Below, one piece after another: positions 15,856-25,147 of a stretch of 64,000 bases of DNA. A model generated the notes under the pieces. It did not search any database. It had not been told where the DNA came from and saw only the letters and a list, made by a program, of their open reading frames with translations. Position 1 is the first letter of the stretch; each line of letters begins with the position of its first letter. The position numbers were made by a program, and so were the translations under genes. The stretch is from an uncultured Fibrobacterota bacterium (lineage in GTDB: Bacteria > Fibrobacterota > Chitinivibrionia > Chitinivibrionales > WJKA01): positions 999 to 64,998 of the forward strand of contig CAZNDN010000007.1 in assembly GCA_964571815.1 (NCBI GenBank). The letters run 5' to 3'.

Positions 15856-16547
15856 CGGGCCGTCGAGGGGCATTCAAGACGGTGGCTGTCGCGGGCGTGC
15901 TGCTGTGGCTGGGCTGCGGCGGCGGGGAACGTATCGCGGGCGGCTCCACCGAAACCGGGAATCCGGGCGGAAGCGTGGTAACGGGCATGGTGGTTGACGG
16001 CCGGATGAAAGCTGTGGTGGGCGCCGCGGTCCGTCTGGTCCCGTCGTGGTACAATCCGATCGTGAGTTCGTTCGACCGTGATTCCATGGTCGACTACACC
16101 AACGAGGACGGCTTGTTCCGTATCGACGTGCAATTCGAGAGCGAGTACACGATTCAGGTTGAGGATCCCGCGACCGGCGCCGGTCAGATGCTGTTCCGGA
16201 AATCGCTGGGAAGCGGGTCATCCGAAAAGGAGCCCCTGAACCTTGGCTCCATCGCTCTTGTACCGCCGGGCTCGGTGACGCTGGTCATTGATACCTCGGT
16301 TTATGAGGATTCCACTGCGGTGTATATTCCCGGCACCGACCGCTTGGCCCGCGTGGGTGCTTCCCGTTACGTGACGATCGATTCGGTGAGGGCCGACCAG
16401 GTGGACTTCGCCTATTACGATCTCAGGAAGCAGCGTGATATCGGACGCGTCCGGGATATCGCGGTCGGCGATACCGCGGCGGTTGGTCATGCCTGGGCAA
16501 GCAAGTCCTCGATAAGCACGTTCCATTTCGGTACAGGCGGCCCTTAA
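15852..16547 (+). CDS. Putative lipoprotein with carboxypeptidase-regulatory-like domain
   Basis: The ATG overlaps the upstream stop (ATGA). VAVAGVLLWLGCGGG is lipobox-like. VVTGMVVDGRMKAVVGAAVRL...EDGLFRI is CarboxypepD_reg-like. Confidence 0.6.
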   Translation: MTGRRGAFKTVAVAGVLLWLGCGGGERIAGGSTETGNPGGSVVTGMVVDGRMKAVVGAAVRLVPSWYNPIVSSFDRDSMVDYTNEDGLFRIDVQFESEYTIQVEDPATGAGQMLFRKSLGSGSSEKEPLNLGSIALVPPGSVTLVIDTSVYEDSTAVYIPGTDRLARVGASRYVTIDSVRADQVDFAYYDLRKQRDIGRVRDIAVGDTAAVGHAWASKSSISTFHFGTGGP

Positions 16548-16801
16548 TGTCCTGTCCGGCTGCCCTCTCGGCCGGTAGGGAGCCGTGATGCCGCTGTGGT
16601 GCATATCCGCGGACCTGTTGTTACGGTTTCCCGAAAACCGGGACCACCGATGGCCTGCCGGGTTTCGAAAGCATCTCCGCCGGTCGAATCGTCCGGACGA
16701 TACTGTCGCTCATCTCATGACTGCACTTCGACTTCACGAGCCGTTGAAGCGAACGTGACCTGTTTCCGGTGATGGTGACTGTTCCGGGAGGCGGGAGCCC
16801 C

Positions 16802-16830
16802 TTACGCTTCCTATCGCGTATCGTATTTTA
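16802..16830 (+). promoter_or_regulatory. Putative promoter (TTACGC-N16-TATTTTA) of the PEGA operon
   Basis: TTACGC at 16802..16807 and TATTTTA at 16824..16830, 37 nt upstream of ATG 16867. The -35 is weak. Confidence 0.25.
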
Positions 16831-16866
16831 TGCGAAGCCCACAAATAGTGCCGCCGTCCGGAGGGA

Positions 16867-17607
16867 ATGCTCATGAAGAGTGCTGGTGTTGTTGTCGCGG
16901 GGATGGTATACATGTCGTGTGCGGCGGCGGTGTTAGGCCAGGCCGACACCGGCGCCGCGGAGCCGGTGGAGCAAAGTGCCCCGGAGATGAGCTCCGATAC
17001 GCTTTCCGAGCCCGAGCCGACCGGATCCCTGCGCATCGTCAGCGTTCCTCCCGGAGCCGCCGTAGTGCTTGACGGAGAAGAAAGGGGCGAGACGCCGCTG
17101 GAGCTTTCCGGTCTGAAACCGGGTGCACATAAGCTGCAGCTCAGGAAGCCCGGGCATTATCTCAAAAAGGCTACCCTGAGGGTCCGGGCCGATACGACCC
17201 TGGATATCAATCTGAAACTGACGAAACCCGCCTCGCTGCACATCCGTTCACGTCCCGAAAAAGCCACGGTGGGTATTGACGGCAAGAAAGTCGGCACGAC
17301 ACCCTGGTCCACGTCGACACTGAAGCCGGGTACGCACACGATAACGGTAACCACCGGCGGATACCGGGCCTGGGAGAAGAGTATCAAGCTCGGAAGCGGG
17401 CAGAGCGACACCCTGGACGTTGCTCTTGAAAAGACCGGCACGGCGGGGAAACCGACGGCTCCTCCCACTGAAGAGGCGGCGGAAGAGGATGTCGACGCCG
17501 TGGATGAGGAGGCCACGGAAGGCCCTCCGGTGGGAAGAATCGTCGTTCTGTCGGTTTTTGCCCTCTTCGGCATCGGCATCCTGCTGGCGGAGCTGACCGG
17601 ACCGTGA
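16867..17607 (+). CDS. PEGA-domain protein with C-terminal membrane anchor
   Basis: Two PEGA-like units (LRIVSVPPGAAVVLDGEERGETPLELSGLKPGAHKLQLRKPGH; LHIRSRPEKATVGIDGKKVGTTPWSTSTLKPGTHTITVTTGGY). Acidic linker, then hydrophobic tail VVLSVFALFGIGILLA. Confidence 0.75.
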   Translation: MLMKSAGVVVAGMVYMSCAAAVLGQADTGAAEPVEQSAPEMSSDTLSEPEPTGSLRIVSVPPGAAVVLDGEERGETPLELSGLKPGAHKLQLRKPGHYLKKATLRVRADTTLDINLKLTKPASLHIRSRPEKATVGIDGKKVGTTPWSTSTLKPGTHTITVTTGGYRAWEKSIKLGSGQSDTLDVALEKTGTAGKPTAPPTEEAAEEDVDAVDEEATEGPPVGRIVVLSVFALFGIGILLAELTGP

Positions 17608-18386
17608 GAATCCCCCGGTCGGCATGGTGTCTGATCGGACTTGGACTCCTGGTGCCGGCGGGACTCCGTTTCGGTGCGGCGCGGGCGGGTACGGTCGCAA
17701 TCGGGGGCGGGAGTTTCGTACGCGGTACCGAATCGGGCGAGGAAGACGAGCGGCCCGCCGTGCGCATAGGCATCTCAGCCTTTGCCGTCCAGTCTCACGA
17801 AGTGACCCGTGCGCAGTACGATACGTGCGTGCAGCGAGGAGCCTGCACGCCGGCGCACTACGACGACGGTTCGTGCCTTCTCTGGACCGGCAGCGGATTC
17901 ACGAGCGTTCGGATACCCCCGAAGTATCAGGAGCCCGATTTCCCGGTGGTGTGTGTGACATGGCGCCAGGCACGCCAATACTGCCGGTTCAAGGGAATGC
18001 GGCTTCCCACCGAAGCCGAGTGGGAGTACGCGGCACTGGCGGGGCGGACAGCTCCACGCTACGCCTGGGGGAACGCTTCCCCGGGCTCGTCGCGATGCGC
18101 ACAGCCTTCGGACAACGGCCCGCGCACGGTCGGTTCCGGACCGCCCAATCCGTGGGGACTTTACGATATGACCGGCAACGTGTGGGAATGGGTGGAGGAT
18201 CGGTATCGTAGAGATCAGTACACGCGTACACAGGGGGCGGACCCCGAAGGGCCGCCGGTGGGGCGCTACCGGGTGATTCGCGGCGGAGGGTGGTACAGCG
18301 GGGCCGCGCGGCTTCGGCTGCGCAATCGCCATTGGTTCGACCCGTTCAGGGCCGAGGCGAGTATCGGTTTCCGCTGCGTCCGGTAG
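17604..18386 (+). CDS. FGE-sulfatase / SUMF1-domain protein (formylglycine-generating-enzyme-like)
   Basis: GTG overlaps the PEGA stop (GTGA). Signal-like N-terminus. ERPAVRIGISAFAVQSHEVTRAQY...VCVTWRQARQYC...RLPTEAEWEYAA...GLYDMTGNVWEWVEDRY...RVIRGGGW...GFRCVR are the classic family blocks. Confidence 0.85.
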   Translation: MRIPRSAWCLIGLGLLVPAGLRFGAARAGTVAIGGGSFVRGTESGEEDERPAVRIGISAFAVQSHEVTRAQYDTCVQRGACTPAHYDDGSCLLWTGSGFTSVRIPPKYQEPDFPVVCVTWRQARQYCRFKGMRLPTEAEWEYAALAGRTAPRYAWGNASPGSSRCAQPSDNGPRTVGSGPPNPWGLYDMTGNVWEWVEDRYRRDQYTRTQGADPEGPPVGRYRVIRGGGWYSGAARLRLRNRHWFDPFRAEASIGFRCVR

Positions 18387-18432
18387 GTTGTTCGGTCCGA
18401 CCGGCTGCGCGTCGCCGTGGGAAGGAAAGGGG

Positions 18433-19089
18433 ATGAAGCTGATGCGAAATCGAGACTATCCGGGATGGGGGTTCGCGGTTTTCCGCCGATGTGTCCTGCT
18501 GTGTGTGGGGTGCGGATGCGTGAGTGCGGCGGCGGCCGCGGAGTTGCCTCGATCCGGCCGCCTGATTCAGCTTGACGGGTTCCTGCCGGAATGGCGGGGG
18601 GACGATGCGCGACCGTGGCCGGGGGATTCCTCGGTGTGGTGGGATGGAAGAATAACGCCCGAGGGCGTGGCGGGGTATTTCCGGATTATGGCCGCGGACA
18701 CCTGCGCGCCGTGGTCGTTCACGTTCCACAAGCCGGAGGATACGGGTGCGGTACTGGCGCACATGTCGCCGGCGTCAGGATCCGGTTCCGACGGCTACTA
18801 CCGGGTAAGCACGGCCGATTCGCTCGGCACGGTGATAGAGTGGATTCTCGAGTGGAACACCCTTGCCGTTGACGGCGTTGGAGGGTTTGAGGTGGTTGTC
18901 GATGCGGTGAACGACTGCGGCGACGGACCGCCGTCACTGCAACTGTCGGGAACCCCTTCCGAGTCGGCGCCTGTCGGATTCGTGTTCACACGTCGTATGA
19001 AAACCCGGCTTGCCCTGATAGCGATCCTGCTTGTTCTCTATATCCTGTTGCGTATGCGGGCCGGACGACTGCGGAAAGGAAGCACCTGA
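18433..19089 (+). CDS. Hypothetical exported protein with C-terminal transmembrane anchor
   Basis: ATG 18433 follows GGAAGGAAAGGGG. N-terminus VLLCVGCGCVSAAAAA. C-terminal TM LALIAILLVLYILL followed by basic residues. No recognisable domain beyond an LDGFLPEW-type start. Confidence 0.55.
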   Translation: MKLMRNRDYPGWGFAVFRRCVLLCVGCGCVSAAAAAELPRSGRLIQLDGFLPEWRGDDARPWPGDSSVWWDGRITPEGVAGYFRIMAADTCAPWSFTFHKPEDTGAVLAHMSPASGSGSDGYYRVSTADSLGTVIEWILEWNTLAVDGVGGFEVVVDAVNDCGDGPPSLQLSGTPSESAPVGFVFTRRMKTRLALIAILLVLYILLRMRAGRLRKGST

Positions 19090-19099
19090 CCGCGCGGCT

Positions 19100-19408
19100 T
19101 CAGCTACCGGAAGCCTCCCGGGGTTGCTCCGGGGTCTGCTTCGGGGAATCGTCGAATTCGGCAAAAGGGATACCTTCTTCAATCAGCATAATGGGGATAT
19201 CTTCACGGATCGGATAGAGATACCGGCGATCTTCGGTGCGAAGAAGGCCGGCGTCGATCTTCTCCTTCACCTTTTCCCCTCCACGGTTCTGCACCTTCCC
19301 CGCTTCGATACCGCGGTTGATCTTCTCGATGGTATCACCCTGGATCAACTCCAGATCCCCCTTGGTTTCGGGGCAGCAGAGAATATCGAGCAATTCCTTG
19401 TCGACCAT
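19100..19408 (-). CDS. Trm112/YcaR (UPF0434)-family small protein
   Basis: LLDILCCPETKGDLELI...RYLYPIREDIPIMLIEEGIP is the Trm112p-like signature. It converges on the previous gene with a 10-nt gap. Confidence 0.75.
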   Translation of the reverse strand: MVDKELLDILCCPETKGDLELIQGDTIEKINRGIEAGKVQNRGGEKVKEKIDAGLLRTEDRRYLYPIREDIPIMLIEEGIPFAEFDDSPKQTPEQPREASGS

Positions 19409-19460
19409 GATCGGCTCCGTCCGGTGCAGGTAGATATATAAACACTTCGATACAGTGAAT

Positions 19461-19491
19461 CAAAATAGAACGTGCGCCGCGGTATATGCAA
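19461..19491 (-). promoter_or_regulatory. Putative promoter of the trm112-like gene (TTGCAT-N18-TATTTTG, minus strand)
   Basis: The reverse complement reads TTGCAT ATACCGCGGCGCACGTTC TATTTTG, 53 nt upstream of ATG 19408. Confidence 0.35.
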
Positions 19492-19674
19492 CCGCAACCG
19501 GAGAGGGCATGAAGAAGCCGGGGCAGGCTCATCGGGCTCAAACAGCCGGCTATTATTTTGTCCGGGACGGTATAATAATAGGAATTCCACCACACCACCG
19601 TAGCGCGGACGATCGGTGTGCTGCCGGCGCCCGCGGGGAGTTTTTGCCCTATCGTGAAGAAATCCGAGGTGCGC

Positions 19675-20868
19675 ATGCGGTCGCTGTCCGAATTCTACGC
19701 CCTGATGCGTCGAACGAGAGACGTTCGTGCCGATATGGTGGGCCGATGTCTCGATGGTCGCCCACTCGAGCCCGAGCAGCTTGCACTGCTGCGGCGCACC
19801 GCGGAGATGCTTCGGGAGTCCACGGTTGAGGGGATGCGGGCCGAAGTCGAGCTGGAGCGGGGCGCCGGAATCCAACTGGATCTAACCTACGAGATTACCG
19901 AGCTTGAAAAGGATGTGATTTTTTTCAGTGAAGGCGAGGAAGCGCTTCTGGAGCATCTGCGCTCCGCACACCCGGGGTTTGCCGATGAAGTGACCGCGGG
20001 GCTGGATTTTCTCGGTACCTCGCGCTTCGATAATCTCGTTTCCGATCGGGACGGCACGGTCAACAATTACTGCGGCAGATACCTTTCCTCAATACAGTCG
20101 GCTTACAACGCCGTGTTTCTCACGCGGTTTGCGCGCCGCTGCCTGTCGCATGCGGTCGTGCTGACTTCCGCCCCCCTTGATCACGGCGGCTTGCTTGACA
20201 TAAGCACAACTCCCCCGGGGACGTTTGTTTATGCGGGCTCAAAAGGAAGAGAGTATATCGACACGCGGGGAACCCGCGGTTCGTTCCCGGTCGCTGCCGG
20301 GCAGCAGGAGAAGCTCGACCGGCTCAACGGTCGGATCGAGGAACTGCTGAATCGTCCCGCGTACGGGAAGTTTTCCCTGATCGGATCGGGATTTCAGAAG
20401 AAGTTCGGACAGAGCACCATCGCCCGCCAGGATATCAGCGGATCGGTGCGGCCCGAAGAGTCGGAGGCGTTCTTGAAGAAAGTCGAGGCGCTGGTGGCCG
20501 AAGTGGATCCCGGGCGCACGACCTTTCGTATCGAAGACACGGGCAAGGATATCGAGGTGATCCTTACGGTGGATGCCGAAGGTGGTGCGGGGGTGAGGGA
20601 TTTCAGCAAGGGCGACGGGGTAGCGTTTCTCAACGACCGATTGGGCCTGGGAATGGAGCGCGCATCAAATCTGGTGTGCGGTGATACGCACAGCGACGTG
20701 TTCATGCTTGATGCGGTCGAGGGGCAGGCGGAGAGGACAAAGAGTGTATTCGTGACGGAGGACCCGGCCCTGCGCGAGAGTGTCACCGAGAGGTGCCGAC
20801 AGGCGTTTTTCGTGTCGTGCCCCGATGTGTTGGTTGTGATGGTGCGTGAACTGGCCGGGCGGAACTAA
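19675..20868 (+). CDS. HAD-IIB phosphatase, trehalose-6-phosphate-phosphatase-like, with N-terminal helical extension
   Basis: ATG 19675 follows GAGGTG. HAD motif I LVSDRDGTVNNY, motif II VVLTSAP, motif IV VCGDTHSDVFML. About 130 aa of helical-looking sequence precede motif I. Confidence 0.6.
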   Translation: MRSLSEFYALMRRTRDVRADMVGRCLDGRPLEPEQLALLRRTAEMLRESTVEGMRAEVELERGAGIQLDLTYEITELEKDVIFFSEGEEALLEHLRSAHPGFADEVTAGLDFLGTSRFDNLVSDRDGTVNNYCGRYLSSIQSAYNAVFLTRFARRCLSHAVVLTSAPLDHGGLLDISTTPPGTFVYAGSKGREYIDTRGTRGSFPVAAGQQEKLDRLNGRIEELLNRPAYGKFSLIGSGFQKKFGQSTIARQDISGSVRPEESEAFLKKVEALVAEVDPGRTTFRIEDTGKDIEVILTVDAEGGAGVRDFSKGDGVAFLNDRLGLGMERASNLVCGDTHSDVFMLDAVEGQAERTKSVFVTEDPALRESVTERCRQAFFVSCPDVLVVMVRELAGRN

Positions 20869-20894
20869 CCGTAAGCGACGAAGGAGGCAGGCGG

Positions 20895-23294
20895 ATGGCA
20901 GGCAGAGGGAAGATGCGGCGTGACGAGTGCTGGAATCTTACGTACGGACGGTTCGATCCCGAAGAAGAGAAACTGCGCGAGACGCTTACGACCGTGGGCA
21001 ACGGGTATTTCGGTACCAGGGGCTGTTGCGAAGGCTGCTCTGCGTCGGAGCACCACTACCCCGGAACGTATCTGGCGGGAGTATACAACAAGGTTCCCAG
21101 CACCGTACACGACAGGCGGATCTTCAACGATGATTTTGTCAATTGCCCCAACTGGCTGCCGATCACGTGGCGTGTCGGCCGCGGCCGTTTCCGTAACCCC
21201 CTGGAGATGACGATTCGCTCCTATGAACAGAACCTGGACATGCGTGATGCCCTCATGAGCCGGCGCCTGGAAGTGGCGGATTCACAAGGACGGATTACAC
21301 GTGTGGAGAGCGCCCGGTTCGCGTCGATGGACAACCCCCACTATGCCGTGATCTCGTGGACACTGACACCGGTCAATTATTCGGCCGCGATTACCGTGCG
21401 CTCCTCGCTTGACGGTACGGTGATCAACGACGGGGTCGCGCGGTATCGCAACCTCACCAGTCGTCATCTGGAGCCCCTCGGAGGGGGCGGGATTCCCGAA
21501 GGGGTGTTTCTCAAGGTTCGCACGAGCAGATCCCGGACGGAGGTTGCCCTGTGCGCGCGCAACCGCGTGTATGAGGGAAAGCGGGAGATCGATGCGCGGC
21601 GGAAGGTGGTCGATGAGGAGGGGATGGTTTCGGAGGAGTTGAGCTTCGAGGTCGCCGAAGGCTCATCGTACCGGCTGGAGAAGACCGTAACGATTACGTC
21701 TTCCCGCGACCGGGACACGGCAAGTCCGCTCGACACCGCCCGGGTGCTGCTTGCACGGGCGTCCCGATTCGACGATATGTTCAAGGAGCACAGGAGCCGG
21801 TGGCGTGAGCTGTGGGACAAGATGGATATCGCGATTACAGGGGACCATTTTGCCCAGAAAGTGCTCCGTTTGCATATCTACCACCTGCTCGCCACGGCAT
21901 CGCCGCACAACGTCTCCATCGACGCCGGCATGCCGGCACGCGGTCTTCACGGCGAGGCCTACCGCGGGCATGTCTTCTGGGACAGTATCTACGTGCTGCC
22001 CTTCTACTACGAACGCTTCCCCGATATTGCCCGGGCCCTGCTCATGTATCGGCGCCGTCGTCTTGACGCGGCGCGAAACAACGCGCGCGGGGAGGGCTGC
22101 GAAGGAGCCATGTTCCCGTGGCAGTCGTCGCACGACGGTGGGGAGGAGACGCAGATCATCCACTACAACCCTGTCTCGGATTCCTGGGGACCCGATCTGA
22201 GCCGGCGCCAGCGCCACGTGTCCATCGCCATTTTCTACAACCTCCTTCAGTACTGGCTTCACAGCGGTGACAGGGAATTCCTGCACTCCCGCGGGGCGGA
22301 GATGCTGCTGGAGATCGCCCGCTTCTGGGCATCCATAGCCGGGGAGGACCCTCGTACGGGACGGTTTCATATCAGGGGAGTGATGGGGCCGGATGAGTTC
22401 CATGAGAAATACCCGGGAGCGCCGGATGAGGAGGGGGGAATCAACGACAACGCCTATACCAATATCATGGTCGTTTGGGTGCTGGAGCAGGCACTGGAGC
22501 TGCTCAGGACACTGCCCCGCGAGGTGGTATCCGCGGTCCGCCGCACGATCGGCCTGGAGCGTGGGGAAGAGAAACGATGGCAAGCGATTTGCCGACGTAT
22601 GTATGTGCCGATTACCGAGGAGGGAATTATCAGCCAGTACGAAGGCTACATGCGACTGCGCGAGCTGGATTTCGAGCAGTACCGGAGAAAGTACGGCAAT
22701 ATTCATCGAATGGACCGGCTCCTCAAATCGGAGGGGGATACTCCCGACAAATACAAGGTCGCCAAACAGGCCGATACGCTCATGCTGTTCTATCTGCTTC
22801 CGGTCGACGAAGTGCTGCGGATACTTTCGCAGCTCGGCTATCCGGTCAAGGACCGCCGCGCGTTTCTTCAGACCAACTACGAGTTTCATCTCAAGCATAC
22901 GACGCACGGGTCCACCCTGAGCAAGGTTGCCCATGCGGCTGTTGCGCGTGACATGAGCACTCCCACGGAGACATGGAAGTGGTTTCTTGAAGCACTGAAA
23001 AGCGACATTTACGATACCCAGGGCGGAACGACTATCGAGGGGATTCACACGGCGGTCATGGGCGGAACGATCAAGATCGTGACCCGGGTATTTGCCGGCG
23101 TGGCTATCGGCCCGGACGGTATTGACCTGAAACCTTCCCTTCCCGCCCACTGGAAACGGCTGAAATTCAAGCTGCTGATCAGGGGTGTGTGGTATCACTT
23201 CGATATCACGCCCCATGACGTCTCGGTACAGGTGGACCCGGGGGCGGGCCCGCCCCTGACCGTCAACGTACACGGCAAAGGCGGCGGCGAGTGA
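20895..23294 (+). CDS. Glycoside hydrolase family 65 disaccharide phosphorylase (trehalose / kojibiose / T6P-phosphorylase-like)
   Basis: GGAGG lies before the ATG. N-terminus WNLTYGRFDPEEEKLRETLTTVGNGYFGTRG. Catalytic-acid block GLHGEAYRGHVFWDS. The 799-aa length is typical of GH65. Confidence 0.85.
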   Translation: MAGRGKMRRDECWNLTYGRFDPEEEKLRETLTTVGNGYFGTRGCCEGCSASEHHYPGTYLAGVYNKVPSTVHDRRIFNDDFVNCPNWLPITWRVGRGRFRNPLEMTIRSYEQNLDMRDALMSRRLEVADSQGRITRVESARFASMDNPHYAVISWTLTPVNYSAAITVRSSLDGTVINDGVARYRNLTSRHLEPLGGGGIPEGVFLKVRTSRSRTEVALCARNRVYEGKREIDARRKVVDEEGMVSEELSFEVAEGSSYRLEKTVTITSSRDRDTASPLDTARVLLARASRFDDMFKEHRSRWRELWDKMDIAITGDHFAQKVLRLHIYHLLATASPHNVSIDAGMPARGLHGEAYRGHVFWDSIYVLPFYYERFPDIARALLMYRRRRLDAARNNARGEGCEGAMFPWQSSHDGGEETQIIHYNPVSDSWGPDLSRRQRHVSIAIFYNLLQYWLHSGDREFLHSRGAEMLLEIARFWASIAGEDPRTGRFHIRGVMGPDEFHEKYPGAPDEEGGINDNAYTNIMVVWVLEQALELLRTLPREVVSAVRRTIGLERGEEKRWQAICRRMYVPITEEGIISQYEGYMRLRELDFEQYRRKYGNIHRMDRLLKSEGDTPDKYKVAKQADTLMLFYLLPVDEVLRILSQLGYPVKDRRAFLQTNYEFHLKHTTHGSTLSKVAHAAVARDMSTPTETWKWFLEALKSDIYDTQGGTTIEGIHTAVMGGTIKIVTRVFAGVAIGPDGIDLKPSLPAHWKRLKFKLLIRGVWYHFDITPHDVSVQVDPGAGPPLTVNVHGKGGGE

Positions 23295-23367
23295 GAGCGC
23301 TTCCGTTGCCGCGGTCCTTTGTTCGGCCGCGTATCGAGACGATTGATCCGTAACGACACCCGGGGGC

Positions 23368-24090
23368 GTGGTGCGCGATCCGGCCCATCATCTCTTCTTC
23401 ACCCGTCAGGTTCGGGACAGTGAAGTAATCCTCGACAAGGAGGAGACGCATCACGCACGCGCCGTGCTTCGTTTGAAAACCGGCGATCGGTTCAGGGCTA
23501 CCGACGGTCGCGGGGCGATCTACGAGTGTGCGGTTGACGATTTTTCGGGGGGACTTTGCAGAGGCCGTGTCGGAGAAGTGGTTTCGCCGCCGATTGTGTT
23601 GCCGGCGCTTACCTTACTGGCAGGTATTCCCGGCCGCGACGCCGCGGAGGCGCTGATGCGTGACTGTGCCGTACTCGGGGTGGCCCGGATCGTGCCGGTC
23701 GTGTCCGGCAACTGCCGGGACCGGTGGTGGCGGGGCGGGTGGGAGAAGCACGGCGGGCGGCTTGAGCGAAAGATGATCGCCGGTCTGAAACAATCGTTGA
23801 ATCCGCGGCTGCCCGAACTGTCTCCGCCGCGTGATTTCAAGCAAGTCCTCGGTGACCCGCCCGGTGCGGAGTATGTGGCCGACGCCGGCGGCACGGTCCC
23901 CGGCTCGATCTCATTTCCCGACGGTGAGACACCCCTTCGCGCATGGGTCGGTCCGCCGGGAGGGTTTACTCCCGAAGAAGAACGGGCGCTGGGCGAGCGC
24001 AAGGTCGTGGGAATCCGGCTGAGCCGGCATCGGCTCCGCACCGAGACCGCGGCCCTTCTGCTCTGCGCCACGCTGCTGCAGCCCCGCTGA
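23368..24090 (+). CDS. rsmE: 16S rRNA (uracil1498-N3)-methyltransferase
   Basis: GTG start. HHLFF...DKEETHHARAVLRLKTGDRF N-terminal PUA-like part. C-terminal VGPPGGFTPEE...LSRHRLRTETAAL is the SPOUT knot motif. Confidence 0.8.
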   Translation: MVRDPAHHLFFTRQVRDSEVILDKEETHHARAVLRLKTGDRFRATDGRGAIYECAVDDFSGGLCRGRVGEVVSPPIVLPALTLLAGIPGRDAAEALMRDCAVLGVARIVPVVSGNCRDRWWRGGWEKHGGRLERKMIAGLKQSLNPRLPELSPPRDFKQVLGDPPGAEYVADAGGTVPGSISFPDGETPLRAWVGPPGGFTPEEERALGERKVVGIRLSRHRLRTETAALLLCATLLQPR

Positions 24091-24354
24091 CACTCTTTCG
24101 GACAAGGGGCACCAACCGGAGCCGGCGCGGCGTCGCGGTCGGGAATTTCCACCCGAAATCCGGACTCCATCAGGTGTGCCGCGGTCTGATCCGGCGGGGC
24201 GGAGCCGAAGGCGAAGACCGCGGGCCGTGTTTGCCATACCACTACCCCAACCTTCGATCTTCGCTCATCCGTGCCGCCCGCCGGCCGGTGTCCCCCCTCG
24301 ACGTCCTTTTGTATTTTCATGCACTTCATCCCGCCAAGGGGGAGAGGAGTGTCG

Positions 24355-25113
24355 ATGGTTACGTGTCAACGGCTGACTGCCTTCCTTGACAAATACCTTG
24401 ATGCGAACGCCGTCGAGGATTCGTCGTGGAACGGCCTCCAGATCGAGGGACGGCGCGAGGTACGACGGGTGATGTGTGCGGTGGATGCGGGCAAGGTGAC
24501 GTTCGAAGAGGCGGCCGCGAGATCGGCCGATTACCTGATCGTGCATCACGGCCTGTTCTGGAAACCCGACAACCCTTCGATTCGCGGCTGGCGAAGGGAG
24601 CGGATCGATCTGCTCCGCGATCCCGGCATTTCCCTGTACGCTTCGCATCTTCCGCTGGACCGTCACCGGGTAGTCGGCAACAACGCCCGTCTTGCGGCCC
24701 TGCTCAACGGCACGATCCGGGAAGAGTTTCTCTCCTGCGGCGGGAAGTGTATCGGATGGATTGCCCGTCTGGACAAGGCACGAACGGTTCGAAGCCTGGC
24801 GGGAAAGCTGGAGAAGGAGTTGGGCGGGACGTGTACCGTACTTGCCTGCGGACCGTCGCGGGTACGCAGCTTTGCCGTGGTAAGCGGCGGGGTCGGTATT
24901 CGCGGCGTGTCCGAAGCGATCGAGCGGGGCGTGCAGGTGTTCATCACGGGGGAGCCCTGCGATGTGTACCACCTGGCGAAGGATGCCGGGATCAACGTGA
25001 TCTTCGCCGGACATCATGCAAGCGAAACGCTCGGCGTGAAGGCGCTGGGCGGGCTGGTGAAGAAGAAGTTCGGGGTCGAGGCGGATTTCGTCGACATTCC
25101 AACGGGGCTGTAG
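24355..25113 (+). CDS. Nif3-family dinuclear metal centre protein (GTP cyclohydrolase 1 type 2 homolog)
   Basis: ATG 24355 follows GGGGAGAGGAG. DSSWNGLQIEG...YLIVHHGLFW...LYASHLPLD...ITGE...GHHASE pattern. Confidence 0.85.
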   Translation: MVTCQRLTAFLDKYLDANAVEDSSWNGLQIEGRREVRRVMCAVDAGKVTFEEAAARSADYLIVHHGLFWKPDNPSIRGWRRERIDLLRDPGISLYASHLPLDRHRVVGNNARLAALLNGTIREEFLSCGGKCIGWIARLDKARTVRSLAGKLEKELGGTCTVLACGPSRVRSFAVVSGGVGIRGVSEAIERGVQVFITGEPCDVYHLAKDAGINVIFAGHHASETLGVKALGGLVKKKFGVEADFVDIPTGL

Positions 25114-25147
25114 CGGCGGCCTTTACATTAATAAAGGGTTCATCGGT

